64,000 nucleotides of DNA from the NCBI RefSeq assembly GCF_009914755.1, contig NC_060925.1; one strand, written 5' to 3'. The notes below the pieces were generated by a model that saw only the letters and a program-made list of their open reading frames with translations, was not told the origin of the DNA and did not search any database. The position numbers and the translations under genes are program-made. This DNA is from the human T2T-CHM13v2.0 reference genome, Homo sapiens. Each line of letters opens with the position of its first letter. Within the stretch, counting starts at the first letter, position 1. Shown piece by piece: positions 57,841 to 64,000 of this stretch.

Positions 57841-59589
57841 TTTAATTTTTTTCTCTTGTGAGGGCCTTATCAATTTTATTAATCATTTCAAAGAAAAAAC
57901 TTTTGCTCTTCTTTCTCTACTTTGTATTTCACTGTGATCAAAGAGTATGCTACATATAATTTTCTTTCTTTGACGCTTACAGAGATTTGACTTTATGGCC
58001 CAGAATATGGTTTCTTTCGGTGGATGTTTTTCATGTACTCAAGAAGAATGTTTATTCGGTTCTGGTTGTGTGACATAGTCTGTTAATGTCATATAGGGTA
58101 AGTTTGATAGAGTTGTTTGAGATTTCCATATATTTGCCTTTTCTTTTCTATTTGTTCTATCAGTTACTGAGAAAGAATTATTAGAGTCTCCAACTGTAAT
58201 TGTGTGTTTATTGGTTTCTTCTTTTAGTTCAGCCAGGTTTTGCTCTATTATGAAGCTCTGTTGTTAGATACATATACATTGAATATTGTTATGTCTATTA
58301 ATGAGCTGACCCATTTATCACTATCAAATATCCTTCTTTATTTCTAATAAAGTAATATCTGTTGTTTTGAATTCCATTTTATCTGATACTAATATAGCCA
58401 TATCAGCTTTTGCCTTTTTACATTTGCATGGTATATCTGGTTCTATCCTTTTGCCTTCAACTATCTGTGTCTTTATACTTCAACTGTGTCTTTTACAGTT
58501 GTATCTTTTTCCCTCTATTATCTAGTTTGACATTCTGTCACTTTCAATTGTTTTATGTACCAATATACATTTAATATAATTATTCTTATTCCTGGGTTCA
58601 AGTCTAGCATTTTGCTCTTTCTTTTCTACTTGTTCCCTCTGTTCTTTGTTCCTCCTTTTCTAGCTTCTTTTGGACCACTCAGGTATTTTTATTATTTCAT
58701 TTTGTCTTTTCTATCAACTTTTAGATGCACTACTTTGTTTTATTTATTTTTAGTGATTACCTTAGGTATTACAATGTATCCTTAATTCATTGTAATCTGT
58801 CTTAAATTAATATTATACCATTTCATGTTTAAGAAACTTACAACAGTATATGTTCATTTATTGCCCTCCTTTCCTTTCTGCAACTGTTATATATATGAGG
58901 TGTATTAACATTTATTAACACGTTATTAACCCTATAATACCTTGTTATTATTTTTGTTATTTAAAGAAATTGAAGAAAGTAGATCATTCATTATATTTTC
59001 CCACAATTTAAGCATTTTTTATGTTTTTCATTTCCTCCTGTGTATTTGTTCTTCCATCTGGTATTATTTCTCTTCAGCTTCATGAACTTTTTTTACATTT
59101 CTTGTAGTACAGATCTGCTGACTATGAGTTCCCTCCACTTTTGTTTCTCTGAAATATCTTTATTTCATCATTACTTTTGATATACATATTTCCACTGGAT
59201 ATAGAATTCTAAGCTGACAGTATTTTATTTTCTCTCAGCAATTTAGTGATGTTATTCACTATCTTCTGACTTGGATTATTTCTAGTCAGAAGTCAGCAAT
59301 TATTCTTATTGCTGTTCTCCTGTAATGTGGTTTTTTTCCAGATGATTTTAAGATTTTCATTTTACCAGTTTTTTTCTGCAATTTGACTATAATGTATACT
59401 GGCATAGTTTTCTTTGTATTTCCCTGCTTAAGGTTGGTTGAGGTTCTACTTGCTTTAGTGAGTTTATGATTTTCATCAAATTTTTGAAAAAATTTGGTCA
59501 TTTTTTTTCAAATAGTTTTTTGTCCCTTCTCTCACCCCTCTTATTTTCAAACTCTAATTACACATATGCCTTTTTTGACACATTTAATT

Positions 59590-59975
59590 ATGTTTTGTGG
59601 GGAATAATTACTTATCTATATATCTGTTTCTTCAGCTAGGATAGAGCTTTTGAGAAATCAGGGGCTTGTATTATTTTTCTATATCCTCATAACTTCACAT
59701 AACATATGCATGGGGAAAGCTCAAAATATCTTTGTAGAATTAATGAGAAAATGAATGACAGTAATGACCATTTATTGATGGCTTACCATGTGCTACATAC
59801 TATTTTAGCTACTTTCATGTGAATTAGTAATCTCTAGCTCACAACAGTCTTGAAAATAAATAATGTATACTTTAATTTTATAGAGGAGCAACCTAAGGCT
59901 CAGAGCTCACCAAACTTGCTCAGGTTTACATAGTTCACAAGTGAGGAGCTGGAATTGAAACTGGCATATCTCTGT
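59590..59975. mobile_element. L2 tail (+, about 59590-59760) followed by MIR (-, about 59765-59975)
   Basis: ctag.at.gagct.ttgag...aatgaatga; catttattga.ggcttac.atgtgc...aaggctcagag. Confidence 0.6.
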
Positions 59976-61030
59976 ATGATAAAGGGGAAAGGAGAAAGTG
60001 CACAGCATTGTCTTACATTGGTGGGCTTGATTCTTCCTCTCATCCTGTATCATCATTCATTAATGAGAGTAAAATAAACTGTGGGCAATACCAGGAATTG
60101 AAGAAGCAGATGGCAAGATGGCCTTGAGCTGAATGGGATGGGGCATGCCCAGCAGGGGAGTACTCCAACTGAGATGGGAAGAGAGAGGGCAAGGCTGGGG
60201 CAGGTGCCCCATTTTCACCTACTCATACAGTTTAAGAAGATGGCAACAAACAGCCTTCCTAGTGACACCAGGAAGCTTGTTAGCTGCTGTTTCTTACCTA
60301 TTTTGGTCTCTGCAAAATTGATCAATTTTGGTCTCCACTGGGAGCAACTTGCAAGGGCTTAGAAGGAAAGAATATTGCATATGAATTCTCAGAGAAAACA
60401 CTTCCAGGCACACCATCAAGGTAAACATAGGAGCAGCATTCTGAGTTTATTTTCTGTTCTGTGCTTCTTGTGATCCTGGTAATTTCTGTTGAGGAAAGGG
60501 GTTATCTCTTCCCTTAAGAAGAAAATGAGGATTAGCTAATTATTTTATTATTTTGCTTATTTTATGTTTATTTCATGCTTTTGTTGATCTGTATAAAGTC
60601 TATATTTATCTCTCCATATCTTCTATTTATTCATTGATCTTGTTATCTAGCTAGCATCTGCCTCTCTGTGCAGCTTTTAAAATTTATTCTACTTTTTGGA
60701 AATCTTCAGTATCCCTATTCCAATTTATGGCATTTTTAATGTAGCTTGTTAGTGTACATTTTGGACAATGTTAACATAATTTCAGGTATTGGGGACAAGT
60801 GAGGAATCTGCTTAAGTCCTTAGGAGAAGCTAAAAAGACTATTAACAACCCAAGTCCATAAAAAACATCTGTTCCAGTCACGCTGGTGATTTTTTATTAG
60901 TCCTTCAAATCCACAACAAAGATCTCTAGAGCAAGACAAATGTTCTAGTGGAGTGCAATTTCCAATTTCTTAGCTAACCTGATTTTGTTGATTCATACAT
61001 ATGCACGATTCAGTGCAGTTCCTGAATACA

Positions 61031-61031
<1 letters not shown>

Positions 61032-61109
<78 letters not shown>
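61032..61109 (+). repeat. (AC)18 directly followed by a pure A42 run
   Basis: AC repeat 61032-61067; A run 61068-61109. Confidence 0.95.
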
Positions 61110-61113
<4 letters not shown>

Positions 61114-62530
61114 GAAAGAAGAGGAAAGAAAAATTCTTTGGGGCTCTACTTCTTTTTATATTATTTACATTCCTTGAAATGCCCTTGAAATTTCATTTGC
61201 TAAGGGAAGCTAAACAAATAATTGCATACTAAAAGGGAAATGAGACTGGCAAGCCAGATAATTTGTAACATCAAACATTCTTATTTCACGGTTGATATTT
61301 TCTCTGTGAGGAAACATGAGGAGTAAACAGACTGATTTATCTTAAATGCAATAACTAATAACAATGCCAAATGCATGAAGTGAAAATACCTCGGGATACA
61401 CTTTCCCAGTTCTGTTCCATCATAGCTGAATGCATTATGCTGTAACAATAATAGGAGTCACGCTTGTCCTATTTCCCCTGATCTCTAAAGAAGGATGCCA
61501 ATGCAGTAGTAATGCACCTTGCTTCTCTTTGTGGCTACCAACATTTTGTTGTTGTTGTTGTTGGGATCTATTACATACTTTGAAAAATTTCCTCTGAAAA
61601 CAAACTTGACAGTACTCTGAGGCCAATGTAATGAGACAGACATCAAGACTTCATTTGAAATTGATCATGACCACCAACAGAAGGAGTGGGTAAACTTATC
61701 AGGTGTTATTTAGAATTCATAGCATTGTTCTCTGTGGGAAGCCAGAAAGGCAGTGTGGGGATGAAACTTAATTTCTCTGACATGACATTCATTGTCTTCA
61801 AATCCACTGTCAGTAGAGTTTGCATGGTGAGACACAATTCTCATTGACTACTAACTGAGAAATGACTTGAAAATGAGGTATATAGTAATTTAAATGAGTA
61901 GATTTGAATTAGGGAACAGAGTCAGGTCCAATTTCAGCTTAGTGGACTGACTATATTTCTGTTTTCAATTAGATTTCTCCTAAGAAGGAACTATATTTTA
62001 ACTCTCAAACTTCATGGTAAAATTGGGGTTCTGAGTGCTAAAAAGAATATTAAGAAACGGGTCAATCTACTTCTGGATATTGACATCTGGTCCTAAATTC
62101 CTATTCTAATCAGAAAATAGAAGAGTTTTAGAGGTGGAAAAGATAGAAAAACTGGGACAGAGAAAGGAGGGGTAGGAGAGTTATAAGGTTGCCAGGCCAC
62201 TAGGCCTCCAAGCCTCTTCCTAGACCCAAACCTTTTTTTTCCAATTGGGTCTTGGGACTCTGTTGCTTCACTCTCCTTTGTCACTTTTATCACCCACTAT
62301 GTACAGATTGTACACTTTCTTTCCAAAATTCACACCTCTGGTTAATTATTTTCACACTTACCTCCTCATATCCATTGGCCAACTTTCCTTGGTGCCCCTT
62401 CCTTTTGTGCCATCAGAGACAAGCCCATACATTCTTTATATTTTAAGGGCTCTACTGCTACTCCTTGCTGGAAATCATGGGCATAACATGACTATAATAA
62501 AAGAGTGTACCTTAGAAATGTTTATAAGAC

Positions 62531-62976
62531 TGTCAACCTAAAATAACAACAGAGAGAGTGGTTCTCAAAATAAATGAGTTTATTTCGGAATGAATGACAG
62601 GGGATTATAATTTGGGATATGCAGTCTGTGACTAATTATAGTTGCATCTGGAGAGGCTGGAGCAAGAGGAAACTTTTAAAGGCGAAATAAGGAAGGTTAC
62701 ATAATTTGTTTTGAGACAATTACCCTTGTCTACACAGATCAATAACAATGGTGGCACCAGTCCAAGGTTGAATAGGCAGTTGCTGGGCAGATGTCCTCAC
62801 AGAAGTATTCTTTCGGTAAGGTTGCAGTGGTTTTTGGGCAAGGTTGTGGTTTTCATTGTCCTTGTAATAGGTTTTAGCATAGGTGGGTACGTGACAGCCC
62901 CTCCTTTGTGACCTCCCAACTCCATTTTGTTAATGTTTGGCATAAATTACTCCATTTTGATCCTAACAACTTCCAA
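62531..62976 (-). mobile_element. ERV1-class solo LTR (MER31/MER67/LTR48 group; exact family unsure)
   Basis: tgtcaacctaaaataa...gagtttatt start; ggcagttgctgggcagatgtcc; repeated ctccattttg near the other end. Confidence 0.7.
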
Positions 62977-63189
62977 AGGACCAAAGGGCAAAAGGAATAG
63001 AGGAAGAGGATTTTATAGAAAAGAAAGAGGTAGAACTCTAGAGAAACAAAGTTAATTATCTTCCAGGAATTCTTACTTTCTATGAGCACTCTAACTAATG
63101 TGGAATACATATGACACATATTATGTTTTAGTCATCAAAGTCCTTTGTAGAGCCCTTAAATAAGAATGTCTGATCAGTATGCAAGAGGT

Positions 63190-63712
63190 TGTAGAGCTAA
63201 TGGTTAAGACCTCGGACTCTGGAGCCAAACTGCCTGTATTTTTTTTTTTTTGAGACAGAGTCTCACTTTGTCACCCAGACTGGAGTGCCGGTGGCGCGAT
63301 CTCAGCTCACTGCAACATCCCCCCAGGCTCAAGCAATCCTCATGCCTCAGCTTCCCAAGTAGCTGGGATTACAGGCATGCGCCATCATGCCCGGCTGATT
63401 TTTTATATTTTTAGTAGAGTTGGGAGTTCGCCATGTTGGCCAGGATGGTCTCCAACTCCTGGCCTCAGGTGATCTACCCACCTTTGCCTCCCAAACTGCT
63501 GGGATTACAGGTGTGAGCCACCACGCCCAGCCCCAAACTGCCTGTATTTGAACCTGGTTCTGCCACATAGTGATCTTAGTAGATGTCTCTTCATCTAAAG
63601 TATTGGGGCTAACAATACTGCCCAACTGAAAGGATTAAATGAGTTTGTATTACAGCTTAGAACAGTGCCTGGCCTGAAGTAAGCATCATGTAGGTATTTG
63701 CTGTTATTATTA
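63190..63712 (+). mobile_element. MIR split by an Alu
   Basis: tggttaaga...ggactctggagcca.actgcct | tttgaa.cctgg.tctgccac...cttagaacagtgcctggc. Confidence 0.85.
63239..63532 (-). mobile_element. Alu (old S/Jb)
   Basis: Full dimer; 17-bp TSD ccaaactgcctgtattt at 63225-63241 and 63533-63549. Confidence 0.93.
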
Positions 63713-64000
63713 CTCTTTTTAAAGATATTATATGGATTTCTAGAGAAGGAAGGTTTGTCTCTACTTGGACTTTGTTGTTCAGCTCCTTACATATCCTAGT
63801 CGTTGTGGTGACTGGACTCTTGCCAGAATCCTAGCTTGAGTTTCAAATTGCTCTTGGCCACCCCAATCTATGTTAGATTTTATTTTCTTCAGTAACTTAT
63901 TTGGATCTTTCAGCAGGTTCTGGTAGAGCCCAATTACATGAGATGATTTGCATAAATGAGACTAAAACAAAAGTTGAGCAAACTTGCAGATCTGCCATAG

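Overview
Human non-coding DNA (a human-specific AluYb8 is present). I recognised no host protein-coding exon, rRNA or intact tRNA gene. The first ~31 kb is unique sequence mixed with old MIR/L2/MaLR/MER5 repeats and a few Alus, and includes some repeat-free blocks that may be regulatory. The region 31-60 kb is a stack of minus-strand LINE-1s with nested LTR and Alu insertions. The main object is a TSD-flanked L1PA2/3 (34108-39242, minus). An apparently 900-nt internal deletion with 4-nt microhomology fuses ORF1 codons 1-58 in frame to ORF2. The result is a 907-aa ORF with EN and RT motifs intact, read from the ORF1 AUG behind a complete 5'UTR. Other points of interest: a 33-nt tailless U2 snRNA retrocopy with a 16-bp TSD; a degenerate CCA-ended tRNA-Arg-like sequence; a full THE1B provirus with discordant LTRs that both start TT; and one L1-endonuclease target used twice (full-length L1MA, then Alu). 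Subfamily calls come from remembered consensus motifs, not from a database search. Boundaries of old repeats are approximate.
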